A stretch of DNA of 64,000 nucleotides from Spirochaetia bacterium (GTDB taxonomy: Bacteria; Spirochaetota; Spirochaetia; SZUA-6; Bin103). This document shows positions 19,490 through 29,815 of this stretch, piece by piece. Within the stretch, counting starts at the first letter, position 1. The number at the start of each line of letters is the position of its first letter. Under the pieces are notes generated by a model that was not told the DNA's origin, made no database searches, and worked only from the letters and a program-made list of their open reading frames with translations. Where the stretch lies: contig CBDBDQ010000005.1 in assembly GCA_965203905.1 (NCBI GenBank), forward strand, positions 992,001-1,056,000, written 5' to 3'. A program made the position numbers and the translations under genes.

Positions 19490-22237
19490 TCAGCGCGTGA
19501 GCGTGTCCGGGGCCTCGGGATCCACCTCCAGGTCGGTCAGCGCCCGCTGCGCCAACTCCGGCGCCACCTCGCCGGCGTCGGCCAGCGCGGTGAGCGCCGC
19601 CACCGTGATGTGGCGCGCATCGACCTGGAAGAAGTCGCGCAGCGCGTCCCGGGTCTCGCTGCGCCCGAAGCCGTCCGTCCCCAGGGCCACCAGCGGTCCC
19701 GGCAGATGGCTCGCCAGTGCCCGCGGCAGCACCTTCAGGTAGTCGGAGGCCGCGACGCAGACCCCCTGCTCGCCGGCGAACACCTGCTGCAGGTAGCTCT
19801 GGCGGCGCTCCCCCGGATGCAGCGCGTTCCAGCGCTCCACCGCGTTGACGTCCTGGTACAGCTCCTTGTAGCTGGTCACGCTCCACACGTCGGCGGCCAC
19901 CCCGTAGCGGCGCAGCAGCCCCTGTGCGGCGCGTGCCTCGTTGAGGATGGTGCCGCTGCCGAGCAGGTGGGCACGTGGCTTGCCCTTCGCCGCCCGTGCC
20001 CGCGTCAGGCGGTAGATGCCGCGCAGGATCCCCTCGCGGGCGCCCTTGGGCATCGCCGGCATCGGGTAGTTCTCGTTCATCACCGTGAGGTAATAGAAGA
20101 GATCCTCCTGCTGCACGTACATGCGCTTGATACCGTCGCGGATGATCACCGCCAGCTCGTAGGCGTAGGCCGGGTCGTACGCCTTGAGGTTGGGAATGCT
20201 CAGCGCGGCCACGTGGCTGTGTCCATCCTGGTGCTGCAGCCCCTCGCCGTTGAGTGTCGTGCGCCCGGCAGTCCCGCCCAGAAAAAAACCCTTGGCGCGC
20301 ATGTCGCCGGCGGCCCAGATCAGGTCGCCCACGCGCTGGAACCCGAACATCGAGTAGAAGATGTAGAACGGTATGGTGTTGATGCCATGGGTGGCGTAGG
20401 CGGTGCCGGCGGCGATGAAGCTGGAGAATGAACCCGCCTCGGTGATGCCCTCCTCCAACACCTGGCCGTCGGTGGCCTCGCGGTAGTAGAGCAGGTTCTC
20501 CTTGTCCACCGGCTCGTACAACTGGCCCAGGCTGCTGTAGATGCCCACCTGGCGAAACAGCGCTTCCATGCCGAAGGTGCGCGCCTCGTCCGGGACGATG
20601 GGCACCAGCAGCTTGCCCAGCTCGTTGTCGCGCAGCAGCTTGGAGAGGATGCGCACGAACACCATGGTGGTGGACACCGCGCGCTCGTCGGTGCCGGCGT
20701 AGAACTCGCGGAACAGCTCCTCCGGCGGGGCCGCCAGCGGCGCTGCCTTGCGGCTGCGGCCGGGCAGGTAACCGCCCAGGGCCTGGCGCCGCTGGTGCAG
20801 GTAGCGCAGTTCCTCGCTCTCCTCCGGCGGCCGGTAGAAGGGAGCCTTGGCCACCTGGTCGTCGGAGATGGGAATCCCGAACCGGGTGCGGAAGGTGGCG
20901 AGCTCGTCCTCGTTGAGCTTCTTCTGCTGGTGGGTGACGTTCTTGCCCTCGCCGCCCTCACCAAGCCCGTAGCCCTTGATGGTCTGCGCCAGCACCACGG
21001 TAGGTGCGCCGCGGTGATTCATCGCGGCGGCGTAGGCCGCGTACACCTTCTCGGGATCGTGACCGCCGCGGCGCAGCTTCTGCAGCTGCTCGTCCGAGTG
21101 GTTCCTGACCATCTCCAACAGGCGCGGGTCGGTGCCGAAGAAATCGTTGCGGATGTAGTCGCCGCTGGCCACCGTGTACTTCTGGAACTGGCCGTCGACC
21201 GTCTCGTTCATGCGCCGCACCAGCACCCCGTCGCTGTCCTTTTCCAACAGCGGGTCCCAGTCGGCGCCCCAGATCACCTTGATCACGTTCCAGCCGGCGC
21301 CGCGGAACGCCGCCTCCAGCTCCTGGATGATCTTGCCGTTGCCGCGCACCGGACCGTCCAGACGCTGCAGGTTGCAGTTGATCACCCAGATCAGGTTGTC
21401 CAGCTTCTCGCGCGCGGCCAGCGTGATCGAGCCGAGCGACTCCGGCTCGTCCATCTCGCCGTCGCCGAGAAACGCCCACACCTTCTGCGCCGAGGTGTCG
21501 TGGATCCCGCGGTCGTGCAGGTAGCGATTGAAGCGCGCCTGGTAGATCGACATGATCGGGGTCAGCCCCATCGACACCGACGGCGAGAACCAGAAGTTGG
21601 GCATCAACCAGGGATGGGGATAGGACGACAGCCCGCCGCCCGGCTGCAGCTCCCGGCGGAAGTTCTCGAGCTGCTGCTCGGTGAGCCGTCCCTCCAGGTA
21701 GGCGCGGGCGTACATGCCCGGGGCCGAGTGTCCCTGAAAGTAGACGATATCGCCGCCGCCCGGTGCCTCCGGCCCGCGCAGGAAATGGTTCTGCGCCACT
21801 TCGATCAGGGTGGCGCCGGACGCGAACGAGGAGATGTGGCCACCGATGTTGTCGGAGTTCTTGTTGGCGCGCACCACCATCGCCATGGCGTTCCAGCGGA
21901 TCATCGACTTGATGCGGCGCTCGATCTCACGGCGGCCGGGAAATACCGGCTGCAGCACGAATGGAATGGTGTTCACGTAGGCGGTGTTGGCGGAGAATGG
22001 CAGCGCCGCTCCACGCCGGCGGGCATGGCGCTGCAGCTCGGTGAGCAGATAGCGGGCGCGCTCGGCGCCACCGCTGCGGATCACGTACTCGAGGGAATCG
22101 ATCCATTCGCCGAGTTCCTCGTCCGGCATCGGGGTCGCCGCGTCTCCGCGGCCGTTGGCGCCGGCGGCGGGCAGCTCCAGCCCGGGGGCCGGCGCCTGTC
22201 CGTTGCCGGTAAGCTGATCGACGTTCGTGTCACTCAT
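19490..22237 (-). CDS. aceE: Pyruvate dehydrogenase E1, homodimeric type
   Basis: GGHISSFAS, SSYPHPWLMP, GDGEMDEPES, NCNLQRLDGPVRGN, GEGLQHQDG. Confidence 0.97.
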   Translation of the reverse strand: MSDTNVDQLTGNGQAPAPGLELPAAGANGRGDAATPMPDEELGEWIDSLEYVIRSGGAERARYLLTELQRHARRRGAALPFSANTAYVNTIPFVLQPVFPGRREIERRIKSMIRWNAMAMVVRANKNSDNIGGHISSFASGATLIEVAQNHFLRGPEAPGGGDIVYFQGHSAPGMYARAYLEGRLTEQQLENFRRELQPGGGLSSYPHPWLMPNFWFSPSVSMGLTPIMSIYQARFNRYLHDRGIHDTSAQKVWAFLGDGEMDEPESLGSITLAAREKLDNLIWVINCNLQRLDGPVRGNGKIIQELEAAFRGAGWNVIKVIWGADWDPLLEKDSDGVLVRRMNETVDGQFQKYTVASGDYIRNDFFGTDPRLLEMVRNHSDEQLQKLRRGGHDPEKVYAAYAAAMNHRGAPTVVLAQTIKGYGLGEGGEGKNVTHQQKKLNEDELATFRTRFGIPISDDQVAKAPFYRPPEESEELRYLHQRRQALGGYLPGRSRKAAPLAAPPEELFREFYAGTDERAVSTTMVFVRILSKLLRDNELGKLLVPIVPDEARTFGMEALFRQVGIYSSLGQLYEPVDKENLLYYREATDGQVLEEGITEAGSFSSFIAAGTAYATHGINTIPFYIFYSMFGFQRVGDLIWAAGDMRAKGFFLGGTAGRTTLNGEGLQHQDGHSHVAALSIPNLKAYDPAYAYELAVIIRDGIKRMYVQQEDLFYYLTVMNENYPMPAMPKGAREGILRGIYRLTRARAAKGKPRAHLLGSGTILNEARAAQGLLRRYGVAADVWSVTSYKELYQDVNAVERWNALHPGERRQSYLQQVFAGEQGVCVAASDYLKVLPRALASHLPGPLVALGTDGFGRSETRDALRDFFQVDARHITVAALTALADAGEVAPELAQRALTDLEVDPEAPDTLTR

Positions 22238-22446
22238 CAGTTCACTCTCTTCGGGTGCGCGCCGCTGCGGCATACGCCACCCATGACGGCCATGGTACCG
22301 CCAGCGGCCAAGCCCTCGCCGCTACCGAATCCCACCCTGCACCGTACCATAAGAATACCGGTCCACCAACGTGCCGACATCCCCGGTTGCGGTGGCAACG
22401 GTGACCCGCATCGGTGCGCAGCGCGCCGCGGGTCGAGCGTGCCGCA

Positions 22447-23409
22447 TCAGCCGCCGGCCCGTTCCAGGGCTTCCATTTCCTCGGCCGTCAGATTCAACTC
22501 GGCGGCCGCGGCGTTGTCGGCGAACTCCTGTGCGGTGCGCGCACCCACCAGGGGAAACACGTTCAGGCCGCTGCCGAACAGATACGCCAGCGCCACCTGC
22601 GCCACGCTCACCCCGCGCTGTGCGGCGATCTCGGCGGCAGCGTCGTAGCGCCGGAAGTTCCCCTCGGTGCCGTAGACCTCCGCGCTCAGCTTGAGCCAGT
22701 AGTCACTGAACCCATCGAGATTGTCACGCCGCAACTGACCCGAGAAGAAGCCGCCGGCCAGGCTCGACCACACCAGCAGCGGCATCTGGTTGCCCCGGTA
22801 CCACGCGCGGTCCTCGGCCCCGGCCGGGCCGCTGATGGAGAGACACTCGGCCCACGGCTCGTGACGCTGCACCGCCAGACTGAAATTGGGGCTGCTGGCG
22901 CACATCGGCGGCAGGCCGTGCTGCGCGGCGTACTCGTTCGCCGCCTGGATCCGCGCCGGCGACCAGTTGGAGCCGCCGAAGGCGCGGATCCGCCCGGCGC
23001 CATGGTGGCGGGCGAACGCGTCCATGATCGGCCCCACCGGGAGGTCGGGATCGTCGCGATGCAGCAGGTACAGATCGACGTAGTCGCTGCGCAGCCGCGC
23101 CAGCGTGTCCATCAGGTCGGACTCCAGGTCGTGCGGAGTCACCCGGCGCCGGTCGGCGTTGTGATGGCAGCCCTTGCCCACGATCACCACCTGCTCGCGA
23201 TTGCCGCGTGCCTCCATCCACAGGCCGAGCACGCGGTCGGTATCGCCGCCGCCATAGTTGTGCGCGGTATCGAAGGTCGTGCCGCCCTGCTCGAACACGG
23301 CGTCGAGCAGCGCGAAGCCCTCCTCCAGGCGCTCTCGGCTCAGCATGACGGTGCCCTGGATGACCCGGGCAAGGGGCTTGTCGAGGCCTTCGATACGTTG
23401 GTAGGTCAT
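22447..23409 (-). CDS. Aldo/keto reductase
   Basis: FDTAHNYG, DLYLLHRDD, GGSNW, WSSLAGG. Confidence 0.9.
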   Translation of the reverse strand: MTYQRIEGLDKPLARVIQGTVMLSRERLEEGFALLDAVFEQGGTTFDTAHNYGGGDTDRVLGLWMEARGNREQVVIVGKGCHHNADRRRVTPHDLESDLMDTLARLRSDYVDLYLLHRDDPDLPVGPIMDAFARHHGAGRIRAFGGSNWSPARIQAANEYAAQHGLPPMCASSPNFSLAVQRHEPWAECLSISGPAGAEDRAWYRGNQMPLLVWSSLAGGFFSGQLRRDNLDGFSDYWLKLSAEVYGTEGNFRRYDAAAEIAAQRGVSVAQVALAYLFGSGLNVFPLVGARTAQEFADNAAAAELNLTAEEMEALERAGG

Positions 23410-24416
23410 GATGTTCCTCCGGGGGCGCTCTCGAAGGGGTAGCGCAGGCCGATGCGGCGGCGGGCGGCATCGAGCGTCTCGCTGATGGCGATCGACTCCG
23501 CCAGCGGCATGACCGAGGAGTCGGTGGCGCCGGCGCGGACCAGCTCCATGAAGTGCTCGGCCTCGTAGTTGAAGCCGTTGCCGCGCAATGGATATCGGCG
23601 CTCCTCGGGGGCCGCGCCGGTACGGTGGACGGTGAGCTGCTCGCTGCACCAGAACGGCGCGGCGACGGTAACGTATCCCTCGCTGCCGATGATGGTGGCG
23701 ACCTGCGGCGACCTCACGGTGATGCCGCACAGCAGTGCCGCAATGGCGCCGCTCGGATAGCTCAGAGCCACGGCAGTGCGCTCGTCCACGCCGGTCGCGC
23801 CGAGGTGGGCACTGGCCGCCACGGTTTCGGGCTTGCCCAGGACCATCGAAGCGAAGGCCACGCAGTAGACGCCGATATCGAGCAGGGCGCCCCCAGCCAG
23901 CTCCGGTGCGAACAGCCGGCTGGCGGGATCGACCTTGGCCGCGAAGCCAAAGTCGCTCTGGAGCAGCGCCGGCATGCCGATTTCCCCGGCCTGCAACAGC
24001 GCGCGCAGCGCCACGGTGGCGGGGACGAAGCGGGTCCACATGGCTTCCATCAGCAGCACGCCGCGGTCGCGGGCGCAGGCCGCCATGGCGCGCGCCGCGG
24101 CGGCATTGACGGCCAGCGGCTTCTCGCACAGCACGTGCTTGCCGGCCTCCAGGCAGAGGCCGCAGGCGGGCGCGTGCTGGGTATGGGGAGTGGCCACGTA
24201 GATGGCGTCGACGGCAGGATCGGCGGCCAGCGCCGCGTAGCTGCCGTGCGCCCGCGCGGCACCGTACTGGGCGGCAAACGCCTCGGCACGGGCGGCGGCG
24301 CGCGATCCGACGGCCACCAGTCGCGCGCCCGTAGCGTCACGCAGTCCGGCGGCAAAGCTTCGTGCGATGCTGCCGGGCCCCAGAATGCCCCAGTTGACGG
24401 GCTCTGGCGTATGCAC
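23406..24416 (-). CDS. Gfo/Idh/MocA family oxidoreductase
   Basis: WGILGPGSIA, KHVLCEKP, EAMWTRF, GGALLDIGVY. Confidence 0.92.
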   Translation of the reverse strand: MHTPEPVNWGILGPGSIARSFAAGLRDATGARLVAVGSRAAARAEAFAAQYGAARAHGSYAALAADPAVDAIYVATPHTQHAPACGLCLEAGKHVLCEKPLAVNAAAARAMAACARDRGVLLMEAMWTRFVPATVALRALLQAGEIGMPALLQSDFGFAAKVDPASRLFAPELAGGALLDIGVYCVAFASMVLGKPETVAASAHLGATGVDERTAVALSYPSGAIAALLCGITVRSPQVATIIGSEGYVTVAAPFWCSEQLTVHRTGAAPEERRYPLRGNGFNYEAEHFMELVRAGATDSSVMPLAESIAISETLDAARRRIGLRYPFESAPGGTS

Positions 24417-24640
24417 GTCGCGAGCTTAGCCGCTAGCGCCACTGCGCGCCAAGCGCCACTTGCGCGTGAGCCTGCCAGCGCGCGCCGAAGCCGACCTTGG
24501 CGACCTCGGCATGCAGGTGCACCCGTGGCTGCGGACCGGACGCGAGCCCGGTATAGTGCGACTGCCCGGCGCACCGGCGACCGCGGGCGATTACGCCAAG
24601 TCGGTGCGTTCGGCGTCACCTGACCTGAAGGAGCCTCCGC

Positions 24641-26281
24641 ATGCAAGTTCCGCAGACCATTACCGGCGGCCAGGCGCTGGCCTACGGTGCCGCCCGCGCC
24701 GGCGTCGGTTGCATCACCGCCTATCCCGGCTCGCCCAGCTCGGCAACCGTGGCGGCGCTGACGGAGCTGCTGCGCGGCGGAGCGGGCGCCGGTTGCCACC
24801 TGGAGTGGTCCGCCAACGAGCGGGTGGCGCTGGAGGTGGCCATCGGCGCCTGCCTGGGCGGGCGCCGCTCCCTGGTGTGCACCAAGAGCGTCGGCATGAA
24901 CGTGATGCTGGATCCGCTCATGGCGTTGAACCTGACGCCGCTCAGCGCCGGCATGGTGATCATCCTCGGCGACGACCCCGGCGCCTACGGATCGCAGAAC
25001 GATCAGGACACGCGGGCACTGGCCGACCTGATCGAGCTGCCGATGGTGGAGCCGGCCACGCCGCGTGCCGGCCTGGAAATGGTGGAGGCGGCGTTCAGCG
25101 CCTCGGAGCGGTACGCGATGCCGGTGGTGGTGCGCGTTACCCGCAGCTTCGACACCTGCCGCGAGGCCGCCGGCGGCGCGGCCGGCACGGAGATCGTCTG
25201 GCAGGTGCGCACCGGGCGGGTGGAGCGCGAGGCGTTGCGCTACGTCCCGTACCCGGGCAACGCGGTGGCGAAGCATCGGGAACTGCACCGGCGGCTGACG
25301 CTGGCCGCGCAGTGGGTAGCGGACTCGGCGTTCAATCGCATCGCTGCCACGGCACCGGCGCGACCGGCGGAAGCGGGCGGCGCGCGCGGCATCGTCAGCG
25401 CCGGCTTCTGCACCCGCAAGCTGGCCGACGTGCTCGGCGCAACGGCGGCCGGCGTCGGGTTGCTGGAGCTGGGCGGCATCTTTCCGCTGCCCGCCGAACC
25501 GGTGCGCGCCTTCCTGGCGGCCCACGACGAGGTACTGGTGCTGGAGGAAAACGAGCCCTACCTGGAGCAGCGCATCGCCGCGCTGGCCCACGCCTGCCGC
25601 CTGGCCACCCGCGTGCGCGGCAAGCTGACCGCCGAGGTGCCGCGCTGCGGCGAGCTGTACCGCTGGCAGATCGCCGCGGCGCTGGCGGACTTCGCCCCGG
25701 AGCTGCCGGTCAGCGCTCGCTTCACGGCGGCCGGGGAGCAGGAAGAGCGCCCGCCGCGGCGCAACCACTGCGCCGGCTGCCCGTTCGATCAGCTCGTCGA
25801 CGCGGTGCAGGAGTGGCTGCAGGCAGCGGGTCGCGATGCCTGGCTGATAGCGGATCCCGGCTGCCTGGCCACCGAGGCCCCCCGGCTCGGTGCCAAGTAC
25901 GCCATCGGGTCCGCGGTAGCGGTGGCCGACGGACTGCTGCGTGCCGGTCAGGACGCCGTGGCCCTGTTCGGCGACTCCGCGTTCTTCCACGCCGCGCTGC
26001 CCGCGCTGTGCAACGCCTACGCCCACGGCGCCAACCTGGCGGCGATCGTGGCCGACAACGCCGGCTCGGTAACCACCGGCCGCCAGCCCCATCCGGGCAG
26101 CGGCCGCTCCGCGTTGGGCGCGCCGGCGCCGCGCCTCGACATGCTGGCGGTGGCGCGCGCCTGCGGCGCCAGCCATGCCTCGCGGGTGCACCTGAGCGAG
26201 CTTCCGGGCGCCCTGCCCGCGGCCCTGGACGGCCCGGGTGTGCGCGTGCTGGTGGTGGATGCGCCCTGCCGCCAGGTGTGA
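24641..26281 (+). CDS. Indolepyruvate:ferredoxin oxidoreductase alpha-like TPP enzyme, lacking C-terminal ferredoxin domain
   Basis: AYPGSPSS, NERVALE, KSVGMNV..D, SQNDQD, CAGCP, GDSAFFH..DN..TGRQ. Confidence 0.8.
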   Translation: MQVPQTITGGQALAYGAARAGVGCITAYPGSPSSATVAALTELLRGGAGAGCHLEWSANERVALEVAIGACLGGRRSLVCTKSVGMNVMLDPLMALNLTPLSAGMVIILGDDPGAYGSQNDQDTRALADLIELPMVEPATPRAGLEMVEAAFSASERYAMPVVVRVTRSFDTCREAAGGAAGTEIVWQVRTGRVEREALRYVPYPGNAVAKHRELHRRLTLAAQWVADSAFNRIAATAPARPAEAGGARGIVSAGFCTRKLADVLGATAAGVGLLELGGIFPLPAEPVRAFLAAHDEVLVLEENEPYLEQRIAALAHACRLATRVRGKLTAEVPRCGELYRWQIAAALADFAPELPVSARFTAAGEQEERPPRRNHCAGCPFDQLVDAVQEWLQAAGRDAWLIADPGCLATEAPRLGAKYAIGSAVAVADGLLRAGQDAVALFGDSAFFHAALPALCNAYAHGANLAAIVADNAGSVTTGRQPHPGSGRSALGAPAPRLDMLAVARACGASHASRVHLSELPGALPAALDGPGVRVLVVDAPCRQV

Positions 26282-26307
26282 ACCGGGGCCGGTATATTCG
26301 ACAGTAG

Positions 26308-26775
26308 ATGTACAGCTTCGCGCTCACCGCACACTCCTACCTGCGTTACGCCGTCCTGCTGCTGGTGCTGCTGGTGCTGCTGCGCAGCGCCGCGGGGCTG
26401 ATCCGCGGCAGCGCCTGGGACGGCGCCGACGACGGCCTGGGCCGCTGGCTGATCCGGGTCTGGGATCTGCAGTTTCTGCTCGGACTCGTGCTCTACTTCC
26501 TGAGCCCGATTACCCAGTTCGCATTGGCCAACTTCGGGGAAGCGATGGGCGACAGCCAGTTGCGCGAGTTCGCGGTGGAGCACCCGCTGCTCATGCTGCT
26601 GGCGACCGCGGCGCTGCACGTGGGCTGGATCCGCGCGCGCAAGGCCGCCACCGACCGTGGCAAGCTGCTGCGCTGGCTGATCTTCGTCGCAGTTGCCGCG
26701 GTGCTGACGGTGATCAGCATTCCCTGGGAGGGGCGCCCGCTGCTGCGCACCTCGATCGGCCCCCTGCAACTGTAG
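26308..26775 (+). CDS. Four-TM membrane protein of unknown function
   Basis: Hydrophobic helices; HSYLRY, QFLLG, VEHP motifs. Confidence 0.7.
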   Translation: MYSFALTAHSYLRYAVLLLVLLVLLRSAAGLIRGSAWDGADDGLGRWLIRVWDLQFLLGLVLYFLSPITQFALANFGEAMGDSQLREFAVEHPLLMLLATAALHVGWIRARKAATDRGKLLRWLIFVAVAAVLTVISIPWEGRPLLRTSIGPLQL

Positions 26776-26847
26776 CCTTCCTCGCCACAGCAGCACCTGC
26801 AACCGCTGGCCCGGTCACCGCATCGGTGCCTCGGGGAGGCGCAGCCG

Positions 26848-27789
26848 TCAGCTGCCGCTCGCCGAGGTGACGGCGGCGAACAGGCGGTCGATGCGCGCGG
26901 CCACGGTGGCGGACAGGGGGCCGCGGGCGAAGGAGGCCACGTTGCGGTGCAGGTGGTCGAGGTTGCCGGTGCCCGACAGCACGGTACTGACGCCCGGCTG
27001 CCAGCTGCAGTAGCGGTAGGCGGCGTCGGCGAGGTCGCCGGCCTCGGTGGACAGGAAACGCAACGGGTCATCGGCGGTGGCCAGTGCCGGGTCCACCTCG
27101 CCGCGGTCGGCCAGCTCGGCGAGCAGCTCGCGCAGCCGCTGCGGGCGGCTGAAGGCGCGCCGTACCGCGAACATGATCATGGTCCCCACACCGCGCTCAC
27201 CTGCCACCCGCAGCACCGTGTCGCGCGCGGTCTGGTTGAGCATGTTGAACCCCACCATGAGGACGTCGAACGGGCCGTCGGCGAGCACGTCACGCAGCAT
27301 GCGGTGCTCGGTGTCGCCGCCGAACCTCTCGGTGATGCCCAGGAAGCGCACCTTGCCCGCCGCCTGCAGGCGCTGCAGGGCCGGCACCATCTCGTCGCGG
27401 GCGTGCGGGTACTGCTCCGGGCTCACCCCGTGCAGGTGGTAAATGTCGATGTAATCGGTCTCCAGACGCCGCAGGCTGGCCTCCACCGCGGCCTCCAGCT
27501 CCGCTCCTGACAGCAGCCGCTCGCCGCCGGCGGCATTCAGCCCGCGCTTGCTGGAGAGCACCACCCGGTCCCGCGGCCTCCCGCGCAGGCCGGCAGCCAC
27601 CAGCGGCTCGGTCTGATACGCGGTGGCGGTGTCGATCAGGTTGACCCCGGCGTCGAGGGCGGCCTGCACGATGGCGGCGGACTGCGCCGTGCTCCGTCCC
27701 GTGCTCAGTCCCAGCCGGCTCGGGCCTCCGCAGCCGAGCGCCATCAGGCTCACGCGCAGACCGGTACGCCCCAGTTGCCGATATTCCAT
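26848..27789 (-). CDS. Aldo/keto reductase
   Basis: MEYRQLGRTGLRVS, IDTATAY, SLRRLETDYIDIYHLH, GKVRFLG. Confidence 0.9.
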   Translation of the reverse strand: MEYRQLGRTGLRVSLMALGCGGPSRLGLSTGRSTAQSAAIVQAALDAGVNLIDTATAYQTEPLVAAGLRGRPRDRVVLSSKRGLNAAGGERLLSGAELEAAVEASLRRLETDYIDIYHLHGVSPEQYPHARDEMVPALQRLQAAGKVRFLGITERFGGDTEHRMLRDVLADGPFDVLMVGFNMLNQTARDTVLRVAGERGVGTMIMFAVRRAFSRPQRLRELLAELADRGEVDPALATADDPLRFLSTEAGDLADAAYRYCSWQPGVSTVLSGTGNLDHLHRNVASFARGPLSATVAARIDRLFAAVTSASGS

Positions 27790-27912
27790 CTCCGTCCCCC
27801 GTTGCCGCCGGCGGGCTGCCCCGTTACTGTGCCATGGGCGCCGATCCGCGGACCTGCGGCATTGTGCACCCGGTCGCCCGTTACTACTACCTGCTGACGA
27901 AAGGAGCCACCA

Positions 27913-29763
27913 ATGAGCGCCACTACCGCTCTCCTGCAGTATCGAGCCGAGATGCTGCGCATCCACTCTATCAACATGACCTCCGCATCCGCCTCCGGCC
28001 ATCCCACCACCTGCATGTCCGCCGCGGAGATCATGAGCGTGCTGTTCTTCGACGAGTTGCGCTACGACCCCGCCAATCCCGACGCGCTCGGCAACGACGA
28101 GTTCGTGCTCTCCAAGGGGCATGCCGCGCCGGTGCTGTACGCCGCCTACGCCGAGGCGGGCACCATTCCGGTGGCCGAGCTGCAGGAGCTGCGCAACTTC
28201 GACAGCCGGCTCGAAGGGCATCCCATTCCCGGCCGTGCGCCGGGCGTGCGCGTCGCCACCGGGTCGCTTGGCCAAGGCCTCGCGGCCGCCATCGGCATGG
28301 CGCTGGCGGTCAACCACGACGGCGGCGGCCAGCGCGTGTACGTGCTGCTCGGTGACGGCGAGATGGCGGAGGGCTCGGTGTGGGAGGCGATGAACCTCGC
28401 GCCCCACCTCGGCGTGGGCAACCTGTGCGCCATCCTGGACATGAACCGTCTCGGGCAGAGCGATCCGACGCTGTTCCAGTGGGACAGCGCCGGCTACGCG
28501 GCCAAGGCCGCGGCGTTCGGTTGGGACGTACACGAGTGCGACGGTCATGATGTGGGCGCGCTGCAGGCGGCGTTCGCCGCCGCCCGCGCCGCCGACCGCC
28601 CCAGCTTCATCGTCGCGCGCACGGTCAAGGGCAAGGGCGTGAGCTTCCTGGAGGACGACGAGGCGATGCACGGCAAAGCGGTGCCGGACGACCAGCATGC
28701 CGCGGCGCTGGCCGAGGTGGAGGCGCGCATCGCGGCCGCCGGCAAGCCGGACCTGGCCGCCGGGGGAGCCACGCCCGCCGCTGCGGCCAGTAGTGCTCCG
28801 GCGCTGGGACCGCTCACGCTAACCACCAGCTATGAACCGGGCGCGAAGATCGCCACCCGCAAGGCCTACGGCGCAGCGCTGGCCAAGCTCGGCGCCGCCG
28901 ATCCCGGAATGTTCGTGCTGGACGCCGACGTCAAGAACTCCACCTTCACCGACGCCTTCTTCGGCGCCTTCCCGGAGCGCAGCGTGGAGTGTTACATCGC
29001 CGAGCAGAACATGATCGGCATCGCCACCGGCCTGCAGGCGCGCGGCAAGCGCGCGTTCGCGGCCACCTTCGCGGCGTTCCTTTCGCGCGCCTTCGACCAG
29101 GTCCGCATGGCCGCCCACTCGCAGGCCAACCTCAAGCTCGCCGGCTCCCATACCGGCGTCTCCATCGGCGAGGACGGCGCCTCGCAGATGGGGCTGGAGG
29201 ACGTGGCGATGCTGCGCGCGGTGCTCGGCAGCGCCGTGCTGTGTCCGGCGGACGGCGTGGCGGCGGAGAAGTTGACCTGCCTCAGCGCCAACTACGACGG
29301 CGTCTCCTACGTGCGCACCGCGCGGCCCGACGTGGCGGTGATCTACGCCAACGACGAGGAGTTCACGCTTGGCGGCAGCAAGGTGCTGCGTAGCTCCGCG
29401 GACGACCGCGTGACCCTGGTCGGGGCGGGGGTGACCCTGCACGAGGCGCTGGCGGCGGCCGACCTGCTGGCGGCCGAGGGGATCGCGGCGCGGGTGATCG
29501 ACTGCTACTCGATCAAGCCGCTCGACGCGGCCACCCTGCGCCTGGCGGCCGCCGAGACCGCGGCCATCGTCACCGCCGAGGACCACTACGCCGAGGGCGG
29601 CCTGGGCGAGGCGGTGGCCGCCGCCGTGAGCGGCGCCGGGGCACCGGTACACGTACTCGCGGTACGGCGCACTCCTCACTCCGGCAAGGGCGCCGAGCTG
29701 CTGGCCGAGCAGGACCTGGACGCCGCCGGCATCGCCGCCGCCGCCAGGAGCGCGCTCGGATAG
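27913..29763 (+). CDS. tkt: Transketolase (single chain, animal-like subtype)
   Basis: SGHPTTCMSAAEIM, LSKGHAAP, TGSLGQG, GDGEMAEGSVWEA, IAEQNM, GEDGASQM. Confidence 0.93.
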   Translation: MSATTALLQYRAEMLRIHSINMTSASASGHPTTCMSAAEIMSVLFFDELRYDPANPDALGNDEFVLSKGHAAPVLYAAYAEAGTIPVAELQELRNFDSRLEGHPIPGRAPGVRVATGSLGQGLAAAIGMALAVNHDGGGQRVYVLLGDGEMAEGSVWEAMNLAPHLGVGNLCAILDMNRLGQSDPTLFQWDSAGYAAKAAAFGWDVHECDGHDVGALQAAFAAARAADRPSFIVARTVKGKGVSFLEDDEAMHGKAVPDDQHAAALAEVEARIAAAGKPDLAAGGATPAAAASSAPALGPLTLTTSYEPGAKIATRKAYGAALAKLGAADPGMFVLDADVKNSTFTDAFFGAFPERSVECYIAEQNMIGIATGLQARGKRAFAATFAAFLSRAFDQVRMAAHSQANLKLAGSHTGVSIGEDGASQMGLEDVAMLRAVLGSAVLCPADGVAAEKLTCLSANYDGVSYVRTARPDVAVIYANDEEFTLGGSKVLRSSADDRVTLVGAGVTLHEALAAADLLAAEGIAARVIDCYSIKPLDAATLRLAAAETAAIVTAEDHYAEGGLGEAVAAAVSGAGAPVHVLAVRRTPHSGKGAELLAEQDLDAAGIAAAARSALG

Positions 29764-29815
29764 CGCCCCGATACCGTCGCCCTCGGCGTCGCTATTGCCC
29801 CATCCCGTCTTTCCG

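Noticed and set aside
24483-24615. Imperfect long-range inverted repeat upstream of the IorA-like gene (riboswitch or MITE?)
   Set aside because: Arms are GC-rich with indels, no known riboswitch consensus is recognisable, and there is no second copy in the window.
27913-29763. Eukaryote-like transketolase as a host-derived gene
   Set aside because: This subtype occurs in many bacteria, and its codon usage matches the surrounding genome.
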